DNA from: Acidobacteriota bacterium
GTDB lineage: Bacteria > Acidobacteriota > Vicinamibacteria > Fen-336
DNA: 64,000 bases
Assembly (NCBI GenBank): GCA_032127875.1
Contig: JAQBHI010000177.1
Span: 2,609-66,608, forward strand
Direction of reading: 5' to 3'
Below are positions 18,215-30,508 of this stretch, in pieces. The stretch's first letter is position 1. Each line of letters starts with the position of its first letter. The notes under the pieces were generated by a model. That model saw nothing but the letters and a program-made list of their open reading frames with translations. It had not been told where the DNA came from and made no database searches. Position numbers and translations under genes: made by a program.

Positions 18215-20290
18215 TCAACGAAGGCCGCGGATCTGCTCGGGCTGTAGGCGCGCGCCCACGATCAACGCCCGCCCTTGCAGTCCCTCGGTGGCGAGCACGA
18301 GGCGGCTCGCGCCGTGGGGGAGCCTCAGAACCAGTTCCGGCGCCGGAGCCCCCTCCGCCAGGTACGCTTCCGCCACGTCGCCCTCGGCGGACGAGACGCC
18401 GAATCGCACCACCCGATCTGCGACGCCAGCCTCGAGGACGCGCGCCGCGAGCACTAGCCGGTAGACTCCGGGCGGCAGAGCGAGCTTGCGTGAGAAGCGA
18501 GTCTCGCGCGCTGTCAGCTCCCAGGGAGCGCCCGGCAGATCGAGGGGCAGCGACAATTCCTGCATGCGCAACGGGTCCGAGATTCCGACGACCCGCCTCT
18601 TGCCCAGGGCCTGGATCAACTCCATAGCGGCGCGGCGTTCGTGAACGCTCGTCTCCCGCGGCCCCGTTTCGGGCAGAAACGAAGGCCACATCGCGTCCAG
18701 GCTCAAGGCCGGCGCCAACACCTTGAGCAGCGCGCTCTCGCCGTCGGGTCGATTGTGGATGGCGCGCGGCGCCGCGGCGGCCAGCAGCGTGACGCCTAGG
18801 CTCGCGCCGAAGAGCCCGGCGGCGAGCATACGCCAACGCGAGAGCGCGGGCGCCAGCAACACCGCGAGTGCTGGCAGGGCGGGCACCACGAAGCGCGCGG
18901 GCGGGCAGGTGCCGCCCCACCACATGCTGAAAGAGGCACCCACGCCGAGCGTGGCGGCGGCGCACAGGCCGGCGCGCATGCTGTCGCCCGGGGCGCGCCC
19001 AAAGAGCAGCACGCAGCCGGGCAGCGCCAACAACCACAACGGGGCGAGCGCCAGGAGTCCGAACTGCCGATCCAGCAGGAGCGCGGCGAAGCCCCAGGGA
19101 ATACGCCCCAGCGAGACGTCGGAGTCGAAGCCGGGGCCATAGGCGGCCGACAACGAAGCGCGACCATAATTCGAATGGAAGAGCACGAGCAGGCCGACAA
19201 GGCCCGCGAGCCCGAGACTCGCTGCTACGACTCGGGCCAGCGGCTTCCCGCGCCGCACGAGCGTCAGGCCGAGGCCAAGTACGGCCAGCGGGAGAAACTT
19301 CGGATGCAGCCAGGGCAGGACGGCGGCCATCGTGGCCGCCAAGAGCATTCTGCGGGGCGAAGGATCCGTGCGGCTCATGAGCAGGAATAGCGCGGTAGCC
19401 AGGGCGGCCACCGCCTCGGGATAGATCGACACGGCGTAGAACGCCATCGGTGGGAGAAAGGCGAACGCCGCCCAAGCGGCGCGGGCGGTCCATTCCTCTT
19501 CCGTGACGTCGCGCACCAATTGGAACACCAGCGCCCCCGCGAGGGCCGCGAGCGCCGCGATCAGCAGTTGCGCGCCACGGAAGCCAAGCGCGGCGTAAGC
19601 TGGCAGGATCAGCAGGGGCAGGCCCGGGGCGTGGATCGAATACGTCGTGCCTTTGGGGCTTGCCGGTGACTTGTGCGCGCCCAGGCGTCCTGGATAGAAG
19701 CTGCGGTACGCGCGGTTGTCGTGCTCGTCGCGCAGATCAAGATCGCCGTCGCTGCGCAGACTCTCCGCCATGACGAGGTAGTGTGGCTCGTCGCCCTGCG
19801 GACCCGCCGCGCCGGGCAATTGTGTCGTGAGCGCGGCATAGAAGAGGAATGCAAGGGCGAAGAGCCTGCGCGGAGAGGCGGGCTTCGGCTGAGTTTCGGC
19901 ACAGCCGCGCACGAGGGCGATCGCGAGGGCCGCGAGGCCGACCAGAAGCAGACCCGGGCCCTGAAAGAGCAGCAGCGGCAGGCCGTGGCCGGTGAACAGC
20001 GGCACGAGCGGCAGCGCCGCCACCCCCAGCGCGAGCAGCGGCCTGGAGATAGCGCGCCGCCGGCGCAATCCTGCGGCGGCAAGCGTCCCGACACCCGCCG
20101 CCAGCACGAGCCGGCCGAGATCCGGTGGATCGAGGATCCCGCGCCAGATTCCGCCCGCCACTGGCGCGACGACGATCTGCGACCCGCCCAGGGCGATTGG
20201 CAGGCCCAGCGCGAGAGCCAATAGCACATCGCGGGCGAAGCCTCGGGACGCCGCGAGCCTCACCGGCGGCGGGTCGTCGATTCGCCCCAC
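18215..20290 (-). CDS. GT-C fold multi-pass membrane glycosyltransferase-like protein
   Basis: GDEPHYL..A.SL..DGDLDL, H.PGLP, IYPE, LPWLH.KF, LLDRQFGLL, WWGG..PPARF. Confidence 0.78.
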   Translation of the reverse strand: MGRIDDPPPVRLAASRGFARDVLLALALGLPIALGGSQIVVAPVAGGIWRGILDPPDLGRLVLAAGVGTLAAAGLRRRRAISRPLLALGVAALPLVPLFTGHGLPLLLFQGPGLLLVGLAALAIALVRGCAETQPKPASPRRLFALAFLFYAALTTQLPGAAGPQGDEPHYLVMAESLRSDGDLDLRDEHDNRAYRSFYPGRLGAHKSPASPKGTTYSIHAPGLPLLILPAYAALGFRGAQLLIAALAALAGALVFQLVRDVTEEEWTARAAWAAFAFLPPMAFYAVSIYPEAVAALATALFLLMSRTDPSPRRMLLAATMAAVLPWLHPKFLPLAVLGLGLTLVRRGKPLARVVAASLGLAGLVGLLVLFHSNYGRASLSAAYGPGFDSDVSLGRIPWGFAALLLDRQFGLLALAPLWLLALPGCVLLFGRAPGDSMRAGLCAAATLGVGASFSMWWGGTCPPARFVVPALPALAVLLAPALSRWRMLAAGLFGASLGVTLLAAAAPRAIHNRPDGESALLKVLAPALSLDAMWPSFLPETGPRETSVHERRAAMELIQALGKRRVVGISDPLRMQELSLPLDLPGAPWELTARETRFSRKLALPPGVYRLVLAARVLEAGVADRVVRFGVSSAEGDVAEAYLAEGAPAPELVLRLPHGASRLVLATEGLQGRALIVGARLQPEQIRGLR

Positions 20291-21141
20291 TTCAGTTTGG
20301 TGCGCAGCACGGCGAAGAAATCGCGCGCAGGCGCGCGCACCAGGCGCAGCTTGCGCGCGCTGCGCGTCACGGTCACGGAGTCCCTGCCCGAGAGCGCGAA
20401 GCCGAGTTGACCGTCGAAGGTGGCGTGCAGCTCGACGTCCCGCACGGGCCGCAGGCGCACTCCGATCGTGGCCTTGTCGCCCACCACCAAAGGGCGGTTC
20501 GTCAGCATGTGCGGGCAGATCGGCGTGATCGCGATCGCGGGCAACGAGGGGTGGAGGATTGGCCCGCCCGCGGCCAGGTTGTAGGCCGTCGAGCCAGTGG
20601 GTGACGAGACGATCAGGCCGTCGGCCCGAAAGGCCGAGACGAACAGGTCGTCCACGAACACGTCCAGCTCGATGATTCGCGAGAGCGCCGCCTTCGTGAT
20701 CACCACGTCGTTCAGCACGTCGCCCGAAGCGTCGGGCTGGCCCTCCCGTCTCACGACGGCGCGTAACATCCGGCGCTCGTCGTATTCGTAGTTCCCGTCG
20801 AGCACGGACGTGAGCGCCGGGTACAGCTCGGGGAGCGCTATCTCCGTCAGGAAGCCGAGGCTTCCGAAGTTGACGCCGAGCACCGGTACGTTGCGGCGCG
20901 CCAGCAAGTGGCTGACGCGAAGCAGCGTGCCATCGCCCCCGAGCACGACCAGGGCGTCGGCCTGCCCTGCGACGTCGCGGGCCTCGGCCGTCGCCACGCG
21001 CGCAGGGCTGTTTGCTAGCAGCGCGGTGCTTTGCTCGAGCAGCACCTTGACCTTGCGCTTGCGCAGCCAGGTCACCAGCTTGCGCAGGGCGGGGCCAGCT
21101 TCTCGCAGGTCGGGACGGGCGAACACGCCGATCGTGGTCAT
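20260..21141 (-). CDS. nadK: NAD+ kinase
   Basis: LGGDGTLL, GVNFGSLGFL, LND, DGLIVSSPTGSTAYNLAAGGP. Confidence 0.96.
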   Translation of the reverse strand: MTTIGVFARPDLREAGPALRKLVTWLRKRKVKVLLEQSTALLANSPARVATAEARDVAGQADALVVLGGDGTLLRVSHLLARRNVPVLGVNFGSLGFLTEIALPELYPALTSVLDGNYEYDERRMLRAVVRREGQPDASGDVLNDVVITKAALSRIIELDVFVDDLFVSAFRADGLIVSSPTGSTAYNLAAGGPILHPSLPAIAITPICPHMLTNRPLVVGDKATIGVRLRPVRDVELHATFDGQLGFALSGRDSVTVTRSARKLRLVRAPARDFFAVLRTKLKWGESTTRRR

Positions 21142-21947
21142 GGCCGGAGCGCTTGCGAGATCATCGCATCAAACGCGGCGGGCGCGAGCGGCGCGCCGTC
21201 GCGCGCAAGAGCGAGGAAGAACTCGCGGTTGCCCTCGGCGCCCTCGATCGGCGAGGCGCACGCGCCGCGCAGGCCGTAGCCGAACGCCTGCGCGCCCCGC
21301 GCGACGTCTTCGAGCGCCTGGCGGTGGAGCGCCGCGTCGCGCACGATCCCACCGCGGCCCACCTGGCCGCGCCCAACCTCGAACTGCGGCTTCACGAGCA
21401 GTGCGAGCGTCGCGTCCGGTGCGAGCACGCCGCGCAGCCCCGGCAGGATCTTGAGGGCGGAAATGAAGGAGACGTCCAGCGTCGCGAAGCCACATGCCTC
21501 GGGGAGCTCACGCGCCGACAGTGTCCTCGCGTTCACGCCCTCGAGTACCACCACGCGCGGATCGGCACGCAGCTTCTCGTGAAGCTGGGCCTTGCCCACG
21601 TCGACGGCGTAGACGCGACGGGCGCCGCGGGCGAGCAAGACCTCGGTGAAGCCGCCGGTGGAAGCGCCGACGTCCACGGCGATGAGGCCGGCCGGGTCGA
21701 GCGCGAGCGTATCCAGGGCACCCGCCAGCTTGAGAGCACCCCGCCCCACGTGTTGCGGCCCCGGCAGCACGTCCACCGCTGCATCGCCGCGGATCGGGGT
21801 GCCCGGCTTGCCGGCCGGGCTGCCGCCCACGCGCACGCGGCCGGCCATGATCAACGCTTGGGCCTTCTCGCGAGAAACTGCCAGGCCCCGATCGACGAGC
21901 GCCAGGTCGAGACGTCTGCGCGCCGGCGCTCGCGGCGCTGGCCTCAC
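21138..21947 (-). CDS. tlyA: TlyA family rRNA 2'-O-methyltransferase (S4 + FtsJ)
   Basis: RLD, SREKAQALI, DVGASTGGFT, DVSFIS, LVKPQFE, SPI.G.EGN.EF. Confidence 0.95.
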   Translation of the reverse strand: MRPAPRAPARRRLDLALVDRGLAVSREKAQALIMAGRVRVGGSPAGKPGTPIRGDAAVDVLPGPQHVGRGALKLAGALDTLALDPAGLIAVDVGASTGGFTEVLLARGARRVYAVDVGKAQLHEKLRADPRVVVLEGVNARTLSARELPEACGFATLDVSFISALKILPGLRGVLAPDATLALLVKPQFEVGRGQVGRGGIVRDAALHRQALEDVARGAQAFGYGLRGACASPIEGAEGNREFFLALARDGAPLAPAAFDAMISQALRP

Positions 21948-22849
21948 GCGCGGCGGTCCACGATCGCCCGCGCCAGCTCACCGAGCAGTTCGGCCTGCGG
22001 CTGGAGCGGTTCGAGCGCTTCGAGCGCGTCGCCCAACAGCTCACGAGCCATACTTCGGGCTCGCTCCAGGCCGTGGATGCTGACGTAGGTGGCCTTGCCC
22101 GCGGCCTGGTCCTTGCCCGCGGTCTTGCCGAGCCGCTCCGCAGCCTCGGTTGCGTCGAGGACGTCGTCCACGACCTGGAACGCCAGCCCGATCGCGTCCG
22201 CATAGCGACACAGCCGCGTCAGGGGCCCCGGCCCGGCGCCGGCCAAAGTCGCGCCGCCACGTACGCAGGCCCCGAGCAGCGCTCCGGTCTTGGCCCGGTG
22301 CAACTGCTCGAGCTCGGCGGGCAGGATCGCCCGCCCCTCCGATTCGAGATCGATCACCTGGCCGCCGATCAAGCCGGTGGTGCCGCAGGCCTGGCCAAGG
22401 ATGGCGCTCGCCGAGAGCCTTCGTCGCAAGCGCTCGACGCCTTCAGCTGGCGGCAGCTCGCTCATCAGATGAAAGGCTCGCGTCAAGAGAGCGTCGCCCG
22501 CGAGGATCGCCATGGCCTCGCCGAAGACCTTGTGCGACGTCGGCTTGCCGCGGCGCAGGTCGTCGTCGTCCATGGCTGGCAGGTCGTCGTGGATCAGGCT
22601 GTAGGTGTGGATCATCTCGACGGCGCAAGCGAGCGGCATGGCGTCGGCGCGCTTGCCTCCCACCGCGTCGCAGGCGGCTAGAACCAGCAGCGGCCGGATC
22701 CGCTTGCCGCCGGCAAACAGGCTGTAGCGCACGGCCCGGTGGATCGTCTCGGGCCAGGCGCTTTCGCCGGGAAGGGCCTGGTCGAGCGCCGCCTCGACCT
22801 CGCGGCGAGCCTGATCGAGCGCCTCCCGGGCGCTAGAGTTCCCGCTCAT
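21944..22849 (-). CDS. ispA: Geranyltranstransferase / farnesyl diphosphate synthase
   Basis: GGKRIRP, HTYSLIHDDLPAMDDDDLRRGKPT, FQVVDDVLD, GKTAGKD, KATY. Confidence 0.95.
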   Translation of the reverse strand: MSGNSSAREALDQARREVEAALDQALPGESAWPETIHRAVRYSLFAGGKRIRPLLVLAACDAVGGKRADAMPLACAVEMIHTYSLIHDDLPAMDDDDLRRGKPTSHKVFGEAMAILAGDALLTRAFHLMSELPPAEGVERLRRRLSASAILGQACGTTGLIGGQVIDLESEGRAILPAELEQLHRAKTGALLGACVRGGATLAGAGPGPLTRLCRYADAIGLAFQVVDDVLDATEAAERLGKTAGKDQAAGKATYVSIHGLERARSMARELLGDALEALEPLQPQAELLGELARAIVDRRA

Positions 22850-23108
22850 CCCCGGCGGGCGTGAGCGGCGTCGTCTTGGGCTTGCCGTCGGCGTCCAGAA
22901 TCAGTTCGCCGCGGGCGTCCTTCAGAAGCTGCTCGATCCGGCCCTCGGCCTCGTCGAGCTTGGCATGGCACAGCCGTGAGAGGCGGATCCCTTCCTCGTA
23001 GAGCTTCAGGGAATCCTCGAGGCTGAGCTCGCCTTTTTCGAGGCGCTGCACGATCTCCTCGAGTTGCTTCAAGGCGGCTTCGAACTGCGGCGCTTCGGGC
23101 TTGGTCAC
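22833..23108 (-). CDS. xseB: Exodeoxyribonuclease VII small subunit
   Basis: [33 protein letters not shown]...C..KL..AE; GTG overlapping xseA stop, GGAG RBS. Confidence 0.93.
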   Translation of the reverse strand: MTKPEAPQFEAALKQLEEIVQRLEKGELSLEDSLKLYEEGIRLSRLCHAKLDEAEGRIEQLLKDARGELILDADGKPKTTPLTPAGDEREL

Positions 23109-24480
23109 TCGTTCTCCTTCGCCGTCACTCTCGCGTGAAGCGCTCCCCGGTGGAGGCGGAGGCGAATCAAGTCGCCGGCATCCACGTCGCTCGCTTGCCG
23201 CAGCAAGTGCTCGCCCTTCCACGCGAGCGCATAGCCGCGACCCAGCACCGCCAGCGGAGACAGGCTGGCTAGCCGTGCCGCGTTCTGGCCGAGGCTGGCG
23301 CGCCTCGCCTCGAGGCTCGCGGCCAACTGCCTGCGGAGCCTCTCGACGTGACGCGCCACGGCCTGGCGGCCATCGTCCATCTGCCGTTCGAAACGAAACG
23401 CGGCGAGCCGCGCCTGTACCTGTCGGAGTCGGTCGCGGCCGCGCTCCCGCTGGCGGGTGAGCCCGGTCCTGGCACGGCGCGCGAGGTCGTCGACGCGCTG
23501 GGCGGCGTTGCGCAAGCGGCCACGCTCGGCCTCGAACACGCGATGCGAGGTGAGCGCAAGGGCACGCGCTCGGACGCGCGTCAGCCGGAGCCGGAGCGCC
23601 GCATCCAAGTGCTTGTCGAGCGCCCCCAGGTGCGCCTCCAGATCGGCCTTGGCCTTCACCACCTGCTCGGCCGCGGCCGAAGGCGTCGGCGCACGCACAT
23701 CGGCGACGAAGTCGGCGATCGTGAAGTCGGTCTCGTGGCCCACGGCCGAGATCGTCGGTACGCGGGACGCGGCGAGCGCTCGCGCCACGCTCTCTTCGTT
23801 GAACGCCCATGGTCCTCGAGGCCGCCGCCGCCGCGGGCCACGATCAGCACGTCGAGGCCCGTCACGCGGCCGAGCGCGCGGATGCCCTGCACGATCTCGG
23901 CCGCGGCGCCTTCACCCTGGACACGGGCGGGATAGAGGAGCACTTCCAGGTTGCGATAGCGGGAGCGCAGCACGCGCAGGATGTCGCGAAGCACCGCCCC
24001 GGTCGGCGAGGTCACGACGCCGATCCGGCGCGGCAACATCGGCAGCGGCCGCTTGCGCTTCGTGTCGAAGAGTCCCTCTTTCTCGAGCTTCTCCTTCAGC
24101 TCCTCGAACGCCTGCTGCAGCGAACCCTTGCCCAGAGGCTCGAGGGTCTCGACCGAGAGTTGGTAGTCGCCGCGCGGCGCATAGACGCGGACGCCGCCGC
24201 GGGCCAGGACCTTCATGCCGTCCTTCGGGCGGAAGCGGATGCCTCGCGCAGCGGTTTTCCAAACCATGGCGCGGATCTGGGCGCGCTCGTCCTTGAGCGA
24301 GAAGTACCAGTGGCCCGAGTCGGCGAACTTGAGGTTCGAGATCTCGCCCTCGACCCACACGTCGCCAAACTCGACTTCCAGTGCGCCCTGGATGCGGTCG
24401 GTCAACTCGGAGACGCTCATGGCCCTGCGCGCCGTGGCCGGCCGCGGGCCGGCGCCAAAGTCGAGACCCTTCTGCTGCAC
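23105..24480 (-). pseudogene. xseA: Exodeoxyribonuclease VII large subunit, frameshifted near 23810 (1-nt deletion or sequencing error)
   Basis: VWVEGEISN, SGHWYFSLKD, VTSPTGA, RGGG.LED in one frame; [36 protein letters not shown] in the next. Confidence 0.9.
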
Positions 24481-24524
24481 TGGCGGGATTCTACAGCGGT
24501 GGGACGCCTGCGGGCGGCCGCCGC

Positions 24525-25909
<1,385 letters not shown>

Positions 25910-25913
<4 letters not shown>

Positions 25914-27427
25914 GAGACGAGCGCCTCGCTCGCCGTCTCGGTCACCCGTCGGGCTACGAGCGGCAGTACGAGGCGCGCCCGGGTGCCGGCGCCAGGCGTG
26001 CTCTCGAGCGCGATCCTCCCGCCGTGGTCGCTCACGATCTTGCGTGTCAGCGCGAGGCCGAGCCCGAGGCCCGTCTCCTTCGTCGAGAAATAGGGCTCGA
26101 AGGCGGTGGAAATTTCTTCGGGCGTCATGCCCTGGCCGGTGTCCGCGACCGTGACCAGCACCACCTCGCCGCCGGTCTCACGCTCCCGCCGTGCCTTTAC
26201 GGAGAGCACGCCGCCCTTGGGCATCGCGTCTACGGCGTTGATCATCAGGTTCAGGAAGCAGGTCTTGAGCAGCTCCGGATCGGCGAGGGTCTCGGGGAAC
26301 TCGGCCTCGGTGTCGATCTCCAGAATGATGCCTTGGTCGCGGGCCTTGTGATCCACCAGCTCCGCCACCTCGCGCAGCACCGAGTCCACGCGACACGGCC
26401 GGGTGTCGAGGCGCATCGGCTTGCCGAACGAGAGGAAGTTGCCGACCAGTCGGTTGAGCCGGCTGATCTCGGCCTTGACGTTGCCGAGAATGCGATCGAA
26501 GGCCTCGCGGCGCAGGGCGTCCTCGGGAGCCAGCTTCGTGCGCATGTGGTCGATCGAAAGGTTCATGAAGTTGAGCGGGTTGCGGATCTCGTGGGCGACC
26601 GCGGTGGCAAGCTGGCCCATCGCGGTCGAGCGCTCGGCGAAATGCAGCCGCTCCTCCAACAGGCGCTTCTCGCGCAGCCGCTCGACCATCTCGTTGAAGG
26701 TCCGGGAAAGCGCGCCGATCTCGTCGCTGCCCCGAGCCGCAACCTGCACTGAGAGATCGCCGGCCGCGACCGAGCGCGAGGCCTCGGTGAGCTTCTCGAG
26801 GGGCCGGCTGAAGGACCAGGAGAGGTACAAGGCGAGCGCGATCCCGAAAGCGAACACGGCAAAGGTCGCGATCAGCCGATTGACGAACGCCGCCTTCGAG
26901 AGCGCCGAGAAGTCGTCGAGGTAGCGGGTGATGACGACGTAGCCAACGCGGCGGTCCGCGACCACGATCGGGATCGTCAGCGTCGAGGTCTTCTGCGTGC
27001 CGGGCGGCCCCGAGTCGTCGCCCAGCACGCCGCGGATCACGTACTCCTTCGGCCCGCGCCGCTTCACGCTGGCGCGGACCAGCGGCTTGCCGACGTTTTG
27101 AGGGTTGGTCGAGGCCTTTACCTCCTCGGCCGCATCGGCGATCGACACGTCCTTGACGCCCAGCGAGGTGAGCTTCTCGGCGTAGGCCTTCAGCACCACC
27201 TGCGGATCGCCCGGACCGGCGGGCTGTTCCTGGGCCACTTCGATCGTGGTCGACAGCTCCTCAGTGTAGTCGCGCACCTGGGAGAGCAGCTGCCGCTCGT
27301 TGAGGAGGTGGAGAAAGAACAACGAGGACACGGAGAGAATCAGCAGCGACAGCATCATCAGGAGCAGCTTGGTCTTGATGCTGGCGTTGCCGAGCCGGAA
27401 GACGGGGGCGCCCCTGGAACGAGCCAT
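25910..27427 (-). CDS. Membrane sensor histidine kinase with HAMP domain
   Basis: Two TM segments, HAMP (DEIG.L..TFN.M), AHEIRNPL, NL..NA, DTG.GM, F.PYFSTK, GLGLGL. Confidence 0.95.
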
Positions 27428-27488
27428 GCCACGAGTCTACCGCACCCGCTCCGCCTGTATAATCAGGGTTTGGAGGTGAAGTAAGAGC

Positions 27489-29336
27489 ATGGCCACTGCC
27501 GAGGCACCGACGAGAAAGCGCGAAATCATCGAGCAGGCCGTGATCCGGTTCTGCGGAGACTCCGGCGACGGCATGCAGATTACCGGCAGCCAGTTCACCA
27601 ACACCGTGGCGCTCTATGGCAACGACATCGCCACGTTCCCCGACTTCCCGGCCGAGATCCGCGCCCCCGCCGGCACGCTGCCGGGCGTTTCCGGGTTCCA
27701 GCTCCATTTCGCGTCGGGCGACATCTACACCCCGGGCGATGCCGTGGACGCGCTGATCGCCATGAACCCCGCCGCACTCAAGACCAACGTGGCGGACCTC
27801 AAGACCAACGGGATCTTGATCGTCAACACGGACAGCTTCAAGGAAGTCGACCTCAAGAAGGCGCAGCTCACCGTGAACCCGCTGGAGGACGGCAGCCTCC
27901 AGGGCTACCGGCTGTTCCCTGTCGCGCTCAACAAGCTGACGCGGGCAGCGCTCAAGGACCTGGGCCTCGACGCCAGGAGCATGGACCGCTGCAAGAATTT
28001 CTTCGCGCTGGGGATGTGCTACTGGCTCTACAACAGGGCGATGGACGCGACCGACCGCTGGCTCGACGACAAGTTCAAGAACAAGCCGGCGCTGGTCCAG
28101 GCCAACAAGCTCGCGATGAAGGCCGGCTACTCGTTCTGCGAGGCGACGGAGGCGTTCCAGACGAGCTATGAGATCCCGCCGGCGAAGCTGGCGCCCGGCA
28201 CGTACCGCAACATCAGCGGCAACAGTGCGCTCGCGCTGGGCTTCGTGGCGGCCTCGCAGCGCAGCGGGCTGCCGCTCTTCCAGGGCAGCTACCCGATTAC
28301 GCCGGCCTCCGACATCCTGCACGAGCTCGCGATGTTCAAGAACTTCGGTGTCGTGACATTCCAGGCCGAGGACGAGATCGCGGCCATGACCTCGGCGATC
28401 GGGGCGGCCTACGGGGGCTCGCTCTCGATCACCACCACCTCCGGGCCCGGCATGGCGCTCAAGATGGAGGCGATCGGCCTCGCGATCGCGGTCGAGCTGC
28501 CCGTGGTGATCTGTAACATCCAACGCGGCGGTCCTTCGACCGGGCTGCCGACCAAGACCGAGCAGGCCGACCTGCTGCAGGCGCTCTACGGACGCAACTC
28601 CGAGGCGCCCGTGCCGGTGCTCGCGCCGCAGACGCCGGGCGATTGCTTCTGGGTCGCGCTCGAAGCCAGCCGCATCGCGCTCAAGTACATGGTTCCGGTC
28701 ATCATCCTTTCCGACGGCTACCTCGCGAACGGGGCGGAGCCGTGGAAGATCCCGAGCCTCGACGAGCTGCCGAAGTTCCCCGTGAAGTTCCGCACCGATC
28801 CCGAGGGCTTCATGCCCTACCTGCGCAACCCCGAGACGCTGGCGCGGCCCTGGGCCGTGCCCGGCACGCCAGGGCTCGAGCATCGCGTCGGCGGCCTAGA
28901 AAAACAGGACGTCACCGGCAACGTCAACTACGAGCCGCTCAACCACGAGCGCATGGTGCAGTTGCGCGCCGCCAAGGTTGCGGCTGTCGTGGAGGAAGTG
29001 CCCGACGTCGTACCGATGGGGGATCCTGACGGCGACCTACTGCTGGTGGGTTGGGGCTCGACCTACGGCGCCATCACCGTGGCGCTGCGTGCCCAGCGGG
29101 CGAAGGGCCGGCGCATCGGCCACGTCCACCTGCGCCACCTGAACCCGCTGCCGAAGAACCTGGGCGAGGTCCTGAAGCGCTACAAGAAGATCGTCGTGCC
29201 CGAGATGAACATGGGCCAGCTGGTGTGGGTGCTGCGCGCGAAGTACCTGGTCGATGCCGAGGCCTTTGGCAAGATCCAGGGCAAGCCGTTCAAGCAGTCG
29301 GAGATCGAAGCCAAGATCGAGGAGAGCCTTCAGTGA
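27489..29336 (+). CDS. korA: 2-oxoacid:ferredoxin oxidoreductase alpha subunit (gamma-alpha fusion)
   Basis: GDSGDGMQ, FPAEIRAPAG, YPITPAS, QAEDEIAA, QRGGPSTGLPTK; TATAAT at 27458-27463 and GGAGG RBS. Confidence 0.95.
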   Translation: MATAEAPTRKREIIEQAVIRFCGDSGDGMQITGSQFTNTVALYGNDIATFPDFPAEIRAPAGTLPGVSGFQLHFASGDIYTPGDAVDALIAMNPAALKTNVADLKTNGILIVNTDSFKEVDLKKAQLTVNPLEDGSLQGYRLFPVALNKLTRAALKDLGLDARSMDRCKNFFALGMCYWLYNRAMDATDRWLDDKFKNKPALVQANKLAMKAGYSFCEATEAFQTSYEIPPAKLAPGTYRNISGNSALALGFVAASQRSGLPLFQGSYPITPASDILHELAMFKNFGVVTFQAEDEIAAMTSAIGAAYGGSLSITTTSGPGMALKMEAIGLAIAVELPVVICNIQRGGPSTGLPTKTEQADLLQALYGRNSEAPVPVLAPQTPGDCFWVALEASRIALKYMVPVIILSDGYLANGAEPWKIPSLDELPKFPVKFRTDPEGFMPYLRNPETLARPWAVPGTPGLEHRVGGLEKQDVTGNVNYEPLNHERMVQLRAAKVAAVVEEVPDVVPMGDPDGDLLLVGWGSTYGAITVALRAQRAKGRRIGHVHLRHLNPLPKNLGEVLKRYKKIVVPEMNMGQLVWVLRAKYLVDAEAFGKIQGKPFKQSEIEAKIEESLQ

Positions 29337-30352
29337 CTACGACGCTGCCGGTCTACACGAAGAAGGATTTCCAGACCGACCAGGAAGTTCGCTGGTGCCC
29401 CGGCTGCGGGGACTACGCGATCCTCGCGGCGGTCCAGTCGGTGTTTCCCGAGTTGGGGGTGCCGCGCGAGAAGTTCGTCGTGGTTTCGGGAATTGGCTGC
29501 TCCAGCCGCTTTCCGTACTACATGAATACCTACGGCTTTCACACCATTCACGGCCGCGCGCCTGCCGTGGCGACCGGCCTCAAGATCGCCAGGCCCGAGC
29601 TCGAGGTGTGGATCGCCACCGGCGACGGCGACGCCCTGTCGATCGGCGGCAATCACACGATCCACATGCTGCGTCGGAACGTCGGCCTCAAGGTCCTGCT
29701 CTTCAACAACCGGATCTACGGGCTCACCAAGGGCCAGTACTCGCCGACCTCCGAAGTGGGCAAGAAGGCGAAGTCGACGCCCTACGGTTCGGTCGATCGG
29801 CCTTTCAACGTGCTCTCGCTTGCGCTCGGCGCCGAGGCCACGTTCGTCGCGCGCTCGGTGGACGTGTTCCAGGCGCACTTGAAGGCGACGCTGCGCAGCG
29901 CCGCGGCTCACAAGGGCTCGGCCTTCGTCGAGATCCTGCAGAACTGCAACATCTTCAACGACGGCGCCTGGGAGTCGCTCGTGGAGAAGGAAGCAAAAGA
30001 CGACCACCTGCTTCTCCTCGAGCACGGCCAGCCGCTGATCTTCGGCAAGGACAAGGACAAAGGCATCCGGATGCGCGGCCTGAACCTCGAGGTCGTCAGT
30101 CTCGGGAACGGCACGAGCGAAAAGGAACTGATCGTCCACGACGAGCGGCATCCCAATTCCGCCTATGCTTTCCTGCTCTCGCGCATGGAGATGATGCCGG
30201 GGTTCCCAACGCCGCTCGGCGTGCTGCGCGCCGTCGATGCGCCGTGCTATGAGGAACAAGCGACGCGACAGATCCAGGAGATCATCGCGAAGAAGGGAGC
30301 CGGAGATCTGGGCAAGCTGCTGCGCGCAGGCGACACCTGGGAAGTGAAATAG
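29333..30352 (+). CDS. korB: 2-oxoacid:ferredoxin oxidoreductase beta subunit (TPP-binding)
   Basis: GTG overlaps korA TGA; WCPGCGD, SGIGCSSR, HGRA, GDGD.LSIGGNH, YGLTKGQ.SPT. Confidence 0.95.
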   Translation: MTTTLPVYTKKDFQTDQEVRWCPGCGDYAILAAVQSVFPELGVPREKFVVVSGIGCSSRFPYYMNTYGFHTIHGRAPAVATGLKIARPELEVWIATGDGDALSIGGNHTIHMLRRNVGLKVLLFNNRIYGLTKGQYSPTSEVGKKAKSTPYGSVDRPFNVLSLALGAEATFVARSVDVFQAHLKATLRSAAAHKGSAFVEILQNCNIFNDGAWESLVEKEAKDDHLLLLEHGQPLIFGKDKDKGIRMRGLNLEVVSLGNGTSEKELIVHDERHPNSAYAFLLSRMEMMPGFPTPLGVLRAVDAPCYEEQATRQIQEIIAKKGAGDLGKLLRAGDTWEVK

Positions 30353-30359
30353 GTTTCTC

Positions 30360-30388
30360 TTGACAGCCGGCGAGCAAGGGACGATATT
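30360..30388 (+). promoter_or_regulatory. Sigma-70 promoter driving the intergenic RNA
   Basis: TTGACA (30360-30365), 17 bp, GATATT (30383-30388). Confidence 0.7.
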
Positions 30389-30508
30389 CGAGAGTCAGGA
30401 GGCGTCTTCGAAATGAGGGCGTTGGCGAATCACGGAGGTGCTGTGATGGAGAGCACTCCGCCGGGCCTGTAGGGGGGCCGCTGTCAGGCCCCGAAACGGA
30501 CTTGGTCG

